A program made the translations under genes and the position numbers. Shown in pieces: positions 38,738 through 52,900 of a DNA stretch of 64,000 nucleotides. Position 1 is the first letter of the stretch. Each line of letters opens with the position of its first letter. Origin of the DNA: Cenococcum geophilum (Eukaryota). A model generated the notes under the pieces. That model was given only the letters and a program-made list of their open reading frames with translations. It was not told where the DNA came from and made no database searches. The stretch lies in the NCBI GenBank assembly GCA_050273025.1, contig CP158636.1:124001-188000 (forward strand), written 5' to 3'.

Positions 38738-41700
38738 GCTAGTGCTAGTTCTTTAGTTTTATAGCGCCACTTATTATTAACCTATAGTCTAGGGTATATA
38801 TTAGCTCTAGCTAAGGGTAGCTTCCTATTAATAAGTAATCTGCCTATTATAGCCTTTATAGTATTAATATGCTTTTTAGGGACCTATTTATTATAAGTTA
38901 GAGTAGTAAAGTATATATTAATATAAACTTACTTAATAGTAGTTGTTATCTAGAATAAAGTAATTAATATATTATTAATAGGGATAGTTAGGGTTAGTAA
39001 AGAAATGGACTTAATCCTTATATATAAAGTTATACTATATAGGATTAAGGCTATATATAACCTTTTCTAGTATATAAATTATATAGCCTAGATATAGATT
39101 AGAATTAGGCTTAGTATAATTAATAGTATAGACGCGTATATATATAAGTATTAGATTACAATTCTATAGGTAGTTTATTTTTATAAGATTTTTAATAGCT
39201 AGTAGATAGAAATTTAGAAGGTAGAATTTAGAAAATAGAAATTAAATTAAGTTGTTAAGGAAATAGAAGTTTAGCTTTAAATCTAGAAAAATAAATATTA
39301 ATATAGTATGATTATATAAGCTCTAACTAACTATTTTTTATAATTTTTATAATTTAAAATTTATATCTATTCTTCTAAGTCTATTTTACTTTAGGAAAGA
39401 ATAAAGGATTTAACTAAGTAAGGTATATAGTTAATTATTAGTTTATAAAACAATAGTATAGGTAAGAAAGGTATAGCCTATAACTAAGGTACTAAGAATA
39501 CTTCTAGAAAGCCTTTAAATAAATATCTAAGTAGTAGCTATAGTAAAATAAAAGAAAGATAAACTATATATAATATAGGTATAATACTTAATTTTATAGA
39601 TAGCTAGGTATAAGTAGTAAAGAATAAATTAAGAAAGGAAGAGGTAGTTAGAGTAGTAATTAGGTTTAATAATATAAGATAATATTTAAGAAGAGATCCT
39701 TTAATAGATGTTAAATTTAAAATATATAATAGGTAAGTTCTAATAATAGGGAATTAAAATATAATTAAAATAGAAAATAGATAGAAAGTAGTAAAAATAG
39801 GTATTATAGGTAAGTTCTATAATATAAATATTTTTAGAAAGGCTTCCTAAAAAGTATATATAGTAAAGGGAACTTTAAAAAGGTTAATAGTATTATATAG
39901 CTAATAAAATTCTAGTAAAAACCTAAATATAGAGTAACTATAATATATTAATATACTTAGTATTAATAATAGTATATAAGCTATTAGTATTAATATTCCT
40001 TATTATTACAATATAGCAACCTTTAGGGATAATAGCTGTGTAGTCTATAATTAGCTAACCTAAAGTAGTATTATATAGGCTAATATATAGCAGGTTTCTA
40101 AAGACCTTACTAGGCGTATAAAGTTAAAGGAAGCTACTTTACTATATACCGTTCTTAAGGGTATTTAGGCTTTACTTATATAGCGCTAGTTTAGTAAAGC
40201 CTATATTACTTATAAAAAGCTTAAGGATATAATTATTAATGCTTAAATAAATAAATAAATATAGCCCTAAATAAGTCCTTTTAAGATAAGAATAGTGGCT
40301 AGGATATAAAAAATAGTAACTATTATAGCACTAGTAGAACTTAGTAGAACTTAACTAGCAGAACTTAATAGAACTTAGTAAAACTTTATAGTTATATAAC
40401 TAGAGAACCGTATAAAAAAACCCTACTTTAACTAGCGCTACTCTTTTTTTCTTTTTTTCTTTAGCTTTAAATCCTTATTTATAAACTACTAATTATATAG
40501 GCTTACGCGTCCTTCTTATTATACTTATACCTTAATTAACTAAGTCGCTAATATTATTTAAAGCTTAACTACCCTTTTTTTCTAAAAAGGAACTTAAATA
40601 TATTTACGGATTATAAACTAAAATAAAATATAGAATTAAACCTAAAGAATATTACTAGAACTAGAAGAATAGAAAAAAATAATAAGACTTATAGAATATA
40701 TATAGACTAAAACCCCTATAAAATCCTACTAGAGGTTACCCTAATAACTATACTATAATACTAAGAAATATAATAGCCGGCAAAGCAGCTATAGGACCCT
40801 TAAATACCTCTAATAGTAAAATAATAACTAACTTAAACTCCTAAGTAGAGCTTATAGTAACTAATATTAAAATTAAATAACTTTAAGAGCTACTTAAAGC
40901 TAGAAAACCCCCTACGCCTAGTAAAAAATTATTAAATATCTAAAGACTTATTATAGTCTTTAAGGCTTTAGCCTAATATATAGTATTAGCATTATCGCGG
41001 TCTATAAAGGTTATAGACCCCCTATTACTTATAAATAGAACTAACCCTATATTTAATAATTAGAAGCTTTAATTATAAAATAAGCTTAAAGTTAATATAG
41101 ACTACTTCTCTACTACTTAAGCTAAAATAGCCTACGTCTTTAGCTATACTGGTAGGGATATATAGATATACCTACGTCTATAGTACGTATAGGACTTAGT
41201 AGAGCTCTTTCCTCTTTAAAGAAAAGATAATTATTTACCTGTCTTCTATTTATAAGGACCCCTTTAAAGTATAAAACACCTAACTTAATTATAAAAGCCT
41301 AAATATAAAAATAATAGAGACCTTTTTAGCCTTTTAGACCTACTTTTTATACCTAGTTAGCTAGGCTTAAATTCCTTAAGAAGATTTAATACTAAACCTA
41401 TTTAATAAGCTTACCCTAGACCTGCAGTAAGCTATACTATTAGTTTTTACTACTATATAGACGCTAAAGGAACTTATAAACTAGTACTTAGCTATTAACT
41501 AAGGCCTTTACTAAATTAAGGTATATACTAAATAGTATAAAGCTAAAAACCCTTTAAATTAGACTATAAGTAATATAAGAATAGCCCGTAATACCCTAGC
41601 ACGATTAGCAACCCCTATAGTATTACCTATATAGCCTATTACTAATTTAGCAGCTAGCTATACGGCTAGCCCTACTATAGGTCTAGTAAATACTTAGCCT

Positions 41701-42694
41701 ATATATAGTAACCCCTATATATAGGCCCTTAGTAATTAAAGAGCTTACTTTTTTTATAGATAAAAAGGTTACTATATAAAGAATTACCTAATAAACGCAA
41801 AAGCGGACGAGGTTCTATTAATTTAGGAGGATAGCGTAAAATTAGAAAAAAAGGAACCCTAAAGAAAAACTCCTCTTTAGGGTTAAAAGGGATTAATATA
41901 TTAGATATTAATCTAAGTTAGCTAATTAGTAAAAAAAGCTACACTATCCCTTATACTTTATTCCGTAATAAATACTAAGTTTTAACCTCTACTTTAGCTA
42001 ACTTTAGAGCAAATACCTTTACCTTAATAGATATTTAGTATGCTGTAAAGCTAGCTAACTTCCTAAATATACCTATTAAAGAACTACCTAAACTAATTCC
42101 TATTTATAGGTATAATAGGCGAATAGGACTACCTATTATAACTATTTTATAAATTTACCTCTATATTAATAAATAAAGGTAGTATAATATCCCCTTTCTT
42201 ATTATAGACCTAGGTAGCTATAATATAATCTTAAGGCGAAAATAGCTAGCCTATTTAGGCTTATAGCTTAATATATAGAGTAAATAGCTTACCTAGCCTA
42301 AAACCTTACCCCTAACCCCTTCCTTTATAAAAGAAATTAGTATTATAATAGAAAACCTTATATAGCCCTAGATTAATACTATTTACTAGGCCAATACTAT
42401 ATATAGAAACTAGGCCTTTAAGAAAGATATATAGCTTAATTTGTAACGGATTTATATACTATATTGCCCCCAAACTACCTATATTACGCCACCCACATTA
42501 AAGACCTAGAAAGTTAGTAATAACCTAAAAAAGCCCCCTATAGAGAGCTTAAGCCTTATATAGCTATAAAAAATAATAAGGGATATTAAACGTTATACTA
42601 AACTAATAGATTAAAGGGATAACTTTATTAGGAAAATATTCGCAGGATAAGATTTAAGTTAACTTTAGTATTTGCGTTTTATATAATTAATATA

Positions 42695-43040
42695 TAATTT
42701 AACCAACTTAATACGTAATTAACTAACTTAATACGTAATTAACTAACTTAATATATAATTTAACTAACTTAATACGCAGTTAACCTACTTAATATGCAAT
42801 TTAACTAACTTAATATATAGTTAACCTACTTAATATATAATTTAACTAACTTAATATATAGTTAACCTACTTAATATATAATTTAATTAACTTAATATAT
42901 AGTTAACCTACTTAATATATAATTTAACTAACTTAATATGTAGTTAACCTACTTAATATATAATTTAACTAACTTAATACGCAGTTAACCTACTTAATAT
43001 ATTTAAAAGTTAAATAATACGCAGTTAACCTACTTAACAA
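42695..43040 (+). repeat. 21/22-bp tandem repeat
   Basis: About 15 units alternating TTAACCAACTTAATACGCAAT-like and GTTAACCTACTTAATATATAA-like variants. Confidence 0.9.
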
Positions 43041-43134
43041 CTTTAAAAGCTAACTGTATATTCTTTAATATATAATTAAGGTAAAGTTATATATTAATTA
43101 CGCAAATAAATTTTTATATAGTTTTATTACTTAA

Positions 43135-43552
43135 AGGCTCTATATAAGGCTCTATATAAAGCTTTATATAAAGCTCTATATAAAGCTCTATATAAAGCTC
43201 TGTATAAAGCTTTATATAAAGCTCTATATAAAGCTCTATATAAAGCTCTATATAAAGCTCTATATAAAGCTCTATATAAAGCTCTATATAAAGCTCTATA
43301 TAAAGCTCTATATAAAGCTCTATATAAAGCTCTATATAAAGCTCTATATAAAGCTCTATATAAAGCTCTATACGAAGTTCTATATAAAGCTCTATATAAA
43401 GCTTTATATATAGAGGCTCTGCCTAAAGCTCTATATATAGAGGCTTTACATAAAGCTCTATATATAAAGGCTCTATATAAGGCTCTATACAAAGCTCTAT
43501 ATAAGGCTCTACGCGAAGCTCTATATATAGAGGCTCTACATAAAGCTCTATA
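43135..43552 (+). repeat. 12-bp minisatellite (TAAAGCTCTATA)n
   Basis: Directly visible; this repeat produces the RALY-repeat ORF 43127-43492. Confidence 0.95.
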
Positions 43553-43669
43553 TTAGGTCCCCGCTATATTCCTAATAGCCTCTCCTATATAGCCACCTTA
43601 TTTTTTTTATCTATCTATCCTTTCTTATATCCTCTCTACTTAGGAAAGCACTAAAACGGCAGCTAGTAG

Positions 43670-44015
43670 AGGACTATTACTAAAACTAGACGACTATTAC
43701 CAGAACTAGATAACTATCGCCATCACTAAAACTAAAACACTATTACTAAAACTAGACGACTGTTACTAAAACAAAATAACTGTTGCTAAAACTAAACAAC
43801 TATCGCTAGAACTAGATAACTGTTACTAAAACTAAATAACCGTCGCCGTTGCTAAACAACCATTACTAGAACCATACGACTATTGCTAGATAACTATCGC
43901 TAGAGCTAGATAACTATTGCTAAAACTAGACAATTATTGCTAGAACTAGATAACTGTTACTAAAACTAGACAATTGTCGCTAGAACTAGACAACCGTTAC
44001 TAAAGCTAGACGATA
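43670..44015 (+). repeat. ~20-bp tandem repeat
   Basis: Units of type GCTAGAACTAGACGACTGTC. Confidence 0.85.
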
Positions 44016-44069
44016 ATAACTAGCTAGCGAATACTATAAACGATTTAATTAATTAATTAAATTAAGGTA

Positions 44070-44480
44070 GTATAGATAGGTAGGTATAAATAGGGAGATA
44101 TTAATAGGTAAGTAGATGCTAATAGGTAGGCAAATATAGACTAGTAATTAGATATAGATAGGTAAGCAAATATAGATAGGTAAGTAAATGCTAATAGGTA
44201 GGTAAATATAGATAGGTAGGTATATATAAATAGGTAGGCGATATAAATAAGTAGGCGATATAAATAGGTAGGTAATGTAAATAGGTAGGCGATATAGATA
44301 GGTAGGCAATATAAATAAGTAGGTAATATAAATAGGTAGGCGATATAAATAGGTAGGTAATATAGATAGGTAGGTAATATAAATAGGTAGGCGATATAAA
44401 TAGGTAGGTAATATAGATAGATAGGCGATATAGGTAGGTAGGTAGATAGGTAGGTAGATAAGTTAATAGGTAGATAGGTA
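44070..44480 (+). repeat. ~17-bp purine-rich tandem repeat
   Basis: Units of type ATAGGTAGGCGATATAA. Confidence 0.85.
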
Positions 44481-47104
44481 GAAGAGAACCATTACTATAT
44501 TATATTAAATTATCTAAAATAATATTTATTTTACTAGCCTTATAAATAGCCTTAAAGTAGCTTTTATTTATTTAAAATATACTATTAGTATAAAAGAGGT
44601 AAATATAATTATGGTTACTAAATATATAGATTACTAGTAGGTTTCGCGTAGGTTATATATAAGTTACGTATAGACTACGCGTAGGCTATATATTAAAAAA
44701 ACATAATATAGGCTAGTTAGTTAAGTTGCTAAATACCCTTAACTATATACTAATTACATTAACTACTAACTATTAAGGCTATTAGTAGGGTATTATATTT
44801 TGCTAATATTATAGAAGATAGAATAGGAGCTAAAAAAGATTATAAACCCTAAACTATAAAATATAGTTTAGAAAATAGCTATAAGGAAACTAGTAGACCT
44901 CCCACTAGTTAATATCTGCTATATTAGTACTATAGAATTCTACTAAAATTTAGTTTAGCTTAATACTATTACCTTTATAATAAGCTTATATAAAATTAAT
45001 TAAATAATTAAAGAAAAGGGAAATAAGCTTAGTAGATAAAAAAGCGAGCTTATAGATAAGGAACTAGTAGAACAAAAGCTGCCCTATTAATACTAGAAAT
45101 TTAAGAATATATTCTCTAAAGTAGCGTCTAATATACTTCTACCTTACTAACTATATAACTATAAGATTAAGATTAAGCAGGGTAAAGAAAATACCCTTAG
45201 CTTTAGCCCCCTTTATAAATAGTTTATTACTAAATTATAGGCTATAAAGTAGTATCTTATTAATAACCTAAATAAAGGCTTTATTAAGCCTAGCTAAGCC
45301 CCTTTTACCTTACCTATTCTCTTTATTAAAAAGCTAAATAAAGGACTTTACTTTTATATTAATTACTATAAGCTAAATAATATAACCTATAAGGATCGCT
45401 ATCCGCTACCTTTACTTAATAAGACTTTAGCCTAAATAAGTAGAGCTAAGGTCTTTATAAAGCTTAATATCCGCTAAACCTTCTATTAAATTAGAATAAA
45501 CCCTAGATCTAAAGATTTTATTATATTTTAGACCTATTATAGAATATATAAATATAAAGTACTCCCTTTTAAACTAACTAACGGACTAGCTATGTACTAG
45601 CGGTATATAAATAATATACTCTTTAACTACCTTAACAATTTCTATATAGCCTATTTAAATAATATTATAATCTACTTTAAGAATAAGCTAGAATATAAGG
45701 AGTACGTCTATAAAGTCCTATAATAGCTCCACGAGGCTAGCCTTTAGGTTAATATTAAAAAGTTAAAGTTTAGTATTAAGTATATAAAGTACCTAGGTTT
45801 TATTATTAGTATAAATAGAATTAAAACTAACTTAAAGAAAACAGCTATAATTAACTAGTAGGCACCCCTATAGACTATAAAAGGGGTATAATTTTTTTTA
45901 GGGTTTTATAACTTCTACTAACACTTTATTAAGGACTATAGTAGGATTACTTAGCCTCTTAACTATCTTATTAAAAAAGACTAGCCCTTTTATTTTAATA
46001 CTATATATAGATAGGCCTTTAATAAGCTTAAAAAACGGCTAGTATTAGCTCCCCTACTTACCTATTTTAACCTAAAATAGCCCTTAATACTAGAAACTAA
46101 TACCTTAAACGGTATAATAGCTAGTATTTTTTCCTAGAAGTAACTAAATAAAGAGTAGTACCCTATTATATACTATTTAAAGACTATAATAGATACTAAG
46201 CTAAATTACTATATCTATAATAAAGAAATACTAGCTATTATCTCTAGCTTTTAGCACTAGCGTATATAGCTAAAGGGGACCCCTAAGCTAATTAAGGTAG
46301 TTTTAAATTATAAGGCCTTAGAATACTTTATAATAACTAAGGCCCTTATAGCCTAGTAAGTATACTAGGCGGATATTTTATCTTAATTTAACTTCTTAAT
46401 TATATATAAATTAGGCGCTATAAACTATATAGACGCTTTTATAAGGTATAAGTAAAACCTAGATAACTAGATAGCTATAAAGATCTTACTATAAACCTAG
46501 ACGCTATTATAACTAAAATACCTTAACCCTTAAATATAGGTAGAACTAAGTATAGACTCCTTAGGCGCTAAGATATATTTTATTAACTCCTTTAAACTTA
46601 ACCTTATTAATAAACTACTATAGGCTAACTAAATAACCCCTTCTCTATAGGAATACTATAAAAAGGTAAAGAATATTATTAGCCTATAGTCTCTTAAAAA
46701 CGGACTACTTAAATACTAAAAATAGCTAATAGTAGTTAAGAAATAGAACTTATAAACCTAGCTTATTACTAAAGCTTATACCTAGGTCTTTACAGCCTAC
46801 CCTAAAAAAATAAAACCCGTAAGATTATTAGTAACCGCTATTATTAGCCTAAAATAGTTATAAATATTAACCGTTATATATAGAACTATAATAGCTACTA
46901 TAGATCTATAATTCTATAAGATAAGACCTTAAAACTATTAAAATCTCTTTTAATACCTAATTATTCCTAGTAGTATATCTTTATAGACTTTTATAAGCTA
47001 CTAATAAACCATAATAGATATAATATAGTTATAATTTTAGTTAACCGCTTTAGCAAGCGCCTATTTTTAATTCCTTATTATAAGAATATTAATGCTAAGG
47101 AGGC

Positions 47105-47550
47105 TATAAGAGTATATATATTAGGTCCCGCCGCGCTTATAATAAGTTTATAAGTACTCTTAGTCTTTTTAGCTATATAGCAATATAGAGGTAGGCTATA
47201 TTATAATTATACTTACGAACTTACTAGGGCCAGGTGTTATAGGTTTAATCCCTATTAGTTACTTCGCTTTAGTATAGTTTAACGCGCATCCATATAATAA
47301 GGCGTTAGTAAAGATTCTAATTACTTACGTTACTAGGGACTAACTAATATAGTAATACTCTTGGCGTTTAATCCCTATAGAGGCCCAAACGGGCGTATAA
47401 AGGAATCTCTATAAGTGCTTAGGGATAAGTATATAGAGAAGAGGGCAATTATAAGAGTATATATATTAGGTCCTACCGCGCTTATAATAAGTTCGTAAGC
47501 ACTCTTAGTCTTTTTAGCCGTATAGCGATATAGAGGCGGGTTACGTTATA
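47105..47550 (+). mobile_element. TRIM (miniature non-autonomous LTR element), 446 bp
   Basis: 101-bp direct repeats at 47105-47205 and 47450-47550; TSD GAGGC; purine tract AGAGAAGAGGG just before the 3' repeat; no coding capacity; interrupts the integrase. Confidence 0.9.
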
Positions 47551-49959
47551 GAGGCGGCCTAACTATATATCTATTATATTTACTATATTTATAAACTATT
47601 AAATACTATTATATCTAATTACGGCCTATAATTTATATTAGTCTTTTAAAACAAGTTTACCTAAATCCTAAGTATTAGGCTAAAGCTCTTTATAATATAC
47701 TACCCCTAAATAAATAGCTAGACGGAGATTATAAATTAATATTTAAATTAGAGACTCCGGCCTTTTATTAACTACTTTTAGGATAATTAGGGTAAACTAT
47801 TACCCCTAATAGACTATACCTAGGCAACCCTACCCTATAACTTTATGGGATTTACACCTATCTAACTAGAAATAAAGTATTTACCCTAAATAAGCTTTAA
47901 CTAGGATAGACTAAAAGGACTATAGACTATACGCAAGAAACTATCTTATAAGGAAGCCTAATAGTATACTAAGCGCTTAGAGGAAGCCTAGACGGTAGCC
48001 TATATAAATCTAGAAAAGGCTTAGAAATTAATAGAATAGTAGGTAAATAAATATAGGCGTAAACCTAACTTTACTATAGGTAATATGGTTTAGGTTATAA
48101 TAAAGAACTAGAAAATAGAACGGCCTAGCTATAAGCTAGACTATTAGATAGCGGGACTATATAAGGTCCTTAAAAAGATAGGTAACTTATATAAAGTAAA
48201 GCTCCCAGATTTAATTAAGGTTTATCTTATTTTCTTACTAGATAAACTACGGAAAGCTATAAATAACCTATTGCCTAAACAAAAGAACGAACCTCCCCTA
48301 CTAATTTAAGTTAATGGCGACAACAAATGGGAAATTAAAGAAGTACTAGCTTATAAACTAGTAAGGAAAACGCTAAAGTACCGCGTTAGTTAGAAAGGCT
48401 ATAACCTAGATCCTACCTAGTACCCTATATAGAACTTTATTAGTAGTCCCTATAAGCTTTAAGAATTCTATAACCGCTACCCTAATAAACCAAGACCCCT
48501 AAAGTACCTAGATAAGTAGATAGAGTGCTAGTATAGCGAAGATAATAAGCTACCGGAAGAATATAAAGATAAGAACGCCCTATAAGCATAATACGGACTA
48601 TAAAGCCTAAGGGTAGGCTTTTGCGGAGGGGGGGGTAATATTACGGCACTAGTAGAACTTGGCAGAACTTAGCAGAACTTCGCAGTCACGTAACTAGAGG
48701 ACTGTATAAAAGAACCCTACTTTAACCGGCGCTGCTCTTCTTCTCCTTTCCTTTCTCTAGCTTTAGATCCTCGTTTATAGACTACTAATTATATAGGCTT
48801 GCGCGTCCCTCTTGTCGTACTCGTGCCTTAATTGACTAAGTCGCTAATAGTAACGGTCAAGTGTAATAGTAATAAATAGTCGTGGTTCTAGATACTGTAA
48901 TGTTTATAGGCTTTACTCTAGGTAATAGGCCAGATTAGTATAGTATATGCTTATATATCTCTCTATACCTAGTAGTACGGCTAAATGGTTAACATTTACT
49001 TAGATAGCATTGCCGCGATAATACTAGGGAGCTTTTTAGAAAGCCTTTTAGAATATACCTATAAGCGTTAGTTATAAAGCAACGGATATATACTATAGAT
49101 ACTAATACAGTATAGAAGTACGTAAGTATAATAGCTAGTTAACGCAAGCTGCTAATAACGGACAAATGTTTCTTATAGTATATTAAGTGTATAAGACAAA
49201 ATGGGTATTACTTACACAGTTATTAATTAAGGTAGAAGTCTTTATATTGCTAACTACCTCTTCTATATAGGGGGGCTAGTGGTGGTGATAACTAAAGTCT
49301 AAGTAGGGATATATGCTAGTAAATAAGTGCTAGAGTATAGATTAGTTGGTGCTTTATTAGGAGCCTTTTATAAAAGGATCTTAGCTAACGCCACTAGGAG
49401 TAAATAGGTCTGTTAGTTGACTAAGCAATTTTAAGGTCCCAGAGGTATTAGCACTAAATACTAGAGTAAGAAAGTAGAAAAGTAAGAAAGTAAGATAGGG
49501 AAGTGAAAAAGGAAATATTTAGACGGTGTACCGTTAAAAGGGAATATAAAAGAATAGCCGTTAAAATAACGCCTAAGAGATCTAACTGGAGTAAGGAAGA
49601 AATATAAGAAGCCTTTCTAAAAAGCTAACTGGAGGCTGTTACGGTTATCTATAAGGAGGTAATAAAACTAAAAATCTAGCGCGCTAATACTAGTGGTTAG
49701 TGTAAGAGTAAAGCCAAAAGTGGGCTAACAGGAAATTAGCGTCTAAGTAGGAAGATAGTAATACCAACCCTATTAAAGAAAGATACTTAATAGAAACCTA
49801 ATCTAGGTAGGGATTCTAGTGATAGAGAATGTAGGAAATTATAAAGACTTATAAAAATACTAATATAGACTTATCTAGGAAGCCTTCCAATAAAAGTCTA
49901 ATTGGTAATTGCGGTATTAGGCAAGTAGGACTATATATACTTATTATTAGGGGCGGTTA

Positions 49960-52900
49960 TTCTACTAATATTTAGGTCGACCTTAGCGCGCTTCTATAGG
50001 TTTTTACTAGAGGATGCCGCAGTAGTAGCAGAAGCAGCGGGCCCGGTGTTTTACTACTTGGCCTATAATATTTTTAGTTTACTAGCTTTAGTCTTAATAA
50101 CAGGCGTCTTTTTAGCTCGCACCTTAGGGCCAGCAGCCTTAACAGGTTTTTTGCCTACCGCGCGTAAGCGTGTTTTTTGTATAGCTGTTACGGGCGCCGC
50201 ACCGGTATTAGAACCTATATCTTTATTATCTTTAACCTTACTAGGCGTAGCCTTACGCTTACGTCTTAATGCTCTTAGCTTGCGCTTAGGACGTTTATCC
50301 TTATTATCTTCTATTTCTAATTAGACTTCTAAATTAGATTCTATGGTTAGATAGAGGTTTTCCTAAAAAGCTTTACTAAAACCTCTATGTTGGACAGCCT
50401 AGCGGCCGCGTTAAGTTATAAAGAACTAGATTAGAACTTCCTTAGGTTTAAGTAGGGGTTTATTTAGTAGCTCTTATAGAATATTAGGATTTAATAAATG
50501 CTACAGTTTCCCTTTATTGTCTAGGTGGAAACCTTTTAGAGATATTAAATTAAGGATATTCTCTAGCCTAGGCGTTATATAATCGTATATATAGGTTTTA
50601 GAAACTTAATCTTTATTAATTATAGCCATTAAACCAGGAAGGGCGTAAAGGATCTAGGTATTCACTACCTTTTTATTAAACGTCCCCCGTACGTAGTATT
50701 TAATAACTATAACCTTATAGGGCTATCCTAATTAATATATACGCCCGATTACTTACTTTTATACATTTATGCTAGGCGCCAGGTTAAATAGGTAAATATT
50801 ATAGCAGCTTTACTATAAGTTTAGACCGGTACTATTTACTATATAGCTGGCGATTAGGACCTAGCAGATATCCGGCAAGTTAAAATTTTTAATAAGATTG
50901 GATTTCTGGCCCTAAGTAAGGTCGGAGGCTAGTACGTAGGTATTAATACTAAAAAATATAAATATCTCGCGGATAATTAGCTGCTTTAGCGGGTATAGCG
51001 ACTAGATAATTGCCTTTTTCTTATATTTAATAACCTAGTTAGCTATATTAGCGACTAGGGCACTTAACCGGGATAAGTGTTATAGGACAGCCCTAATAAG
51101 CGGTAGAATATTAGACGCTAGTAGGATGTTATATAGCTATATAGCCGCGGGAAGCTCTAGGGACTTCGCTATTTGTTTAAGAATAGTATAGATTATATAA
51201 GGGTTCTTTAACCAGCCCTTCTTACTCTTCTTAGGTGGATTTATAGCTAAGTAAGAGAGCGCTAGTATAGGCTAAGTAGATATTAGCACGAGCGCGTAGT
51301 AGCTATTGGCGTTTACAACAACGCGACTGTCCCCTATATAAGTAGTGTCCGTCACTATAAGCTTTTTAAGGAAGGCTTCCGCGAATGTGTTATAGACAGC
51401 TTAAGCTATTAGCAGATTATTAAGGTTAAGAATAATACTCTTATAGCAAGGGAGCGCCTAGCCGATTATATTTTAGGTAGAACTAATAGGATAGGACGAC
51501 GTATACCGCTAATATATAAGATATTACAACTAAATCTACTTAAGCCTATGGCCCTACTTAACGCTATTCTCTAGGCTAAGGACGAACGTAGTAAATAACG
51601 CCAAGGTTAGTCGCAGTATAGCCACTAGGTGATCATCCACCACCTTAAAGGGGTTATTATTCTTCTTAAAGACGGCGCCATTAGGAGTTCTAATCAGGAA
51701 GTTAAGCTTTAGTTAAGGCTCGATTAGCGCCGCTAGGCTAAAGTTATCCCTAATACCCGTAAATAGCGGGGTAGCGCTATAGAGTATAGTAAAAGGACAA
51801 TTTATAAACTTAATGGCAATATACGCTAGGGAATTATTATTCCTTACGTAATAAGCTTTATTAAGTAAAATACTATACTATTAACCTAAGAGATCCCTAG
51901 GCCATTTCCTGTCTAATATCTTAAACCAGTTAACAGGCTAATACACTAACCCCCTTACCTTAAACGTCGCCCTATAGGTTTTCTCACGCCACTTCTTAAG
52001 TACGCTTAGGCCGTAACGCGATATAATAGTGCCGTACATACTAATAACGATAACGCGTGCGTTAGCGCAATCGCCGTTAAACAGTTCGTACTTCTGCGTA
52101 AAAATTTCGTTTTAATACTAGACATTAGTAGCGGCGGATTTTTAGGTTAATAATTTATTATAGTACACCTAGATATTAAAGACGGGTAAGAATCGCTACA
52201 GCTCTTTAATCTACTATTTAATAAGCATAAGCGGGACAACTACTAGGAATGGCTTTACTAGACCAATTACTTTAAGCGCAGCAGCGTTACGTTTTTTAGT
52301 AGCGCGGCGAAACGCCTTTTCTTACTTATTAATTATCTAAGAGCCAGTTAGCAAATAAGAACAATTTTAGGAAGCCTTTTAGAAAGTCTCCTTTAGTATA
52401 GGTGGTAGTAGCGACTTATATACAATATATAGCCGGTAAGCTAAAAAGTCTTACCCAGACTAACAATATCCACTAGTATTATTCCCCGTATCTTCCTATA
52501 CTCGCATATATCTATAATAGCATTTATCCTAATAAGCTGCCACCAGTAGAGCGGCGTTAATAATGACTAGCGAAGGAGACAGGGTTTACGTCAATCTTTA
52601 ATTTAAAGGTTTTATATAGACTCTTTAATATTATCCCGTTGGTATTTAGCGTTATTTATTAGCTTACTTAGCTTAGCTAGGTTTTTAAGATCCTTTACCG
52701 TAGGCTAGCCCATATAAACTATATCGTCGGCCCCATTAAGGCCTTTATTATTATTATCTTCCTTAGTAGCGTTATCCTCTATAACCTATGCCCAGCCATC
52801 TACTATACCTAACCCATCTATCCTTACGGCCGCGGCGTTATCAAGTCCTAACTACATCTGCTTAATAACGGCTATTGCTTTATAATACGTCTTTATAAGC

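Larger units (their letters stand above)
42626..44808. mobile_element. Non-autonomous TIR element filled with minisatellites, probably CACTA/CMC superfamily
   Basis: Splits the host pol reading GAT AAC TT|A TAG AAG. Ends TATTAGGAAAATAT and ATATTTTGCTAATA are inverted repeats. 2-bp TSD TT. TATTA is the RIP product of CACTA (inference). Confidence 0.7.
40321..48849 (+). mobile_element. Full-length Ty3/Gypsy chromovirus-type LTR retrotransposon carrying two nested insertions
   Basis: LTRs 40321-40553 and 48639-48849; TSD GTAAC; polypurine tract GGAGGGGGGGGTAA before the 3' LTR. KDRYPLPL ~45390; AYL(D)(D)I ~45650; LET(D)..(D) RNase H ~46090; chromodomain WEIKEVL..KYRVS(W)KGY ~48328-48400. Confidence 0.95.

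Noticed and set aside
43127..43492. RALY-repeat ORF
   Set aside because: Translation of the 12-bp minisatellite inside the TIR element.
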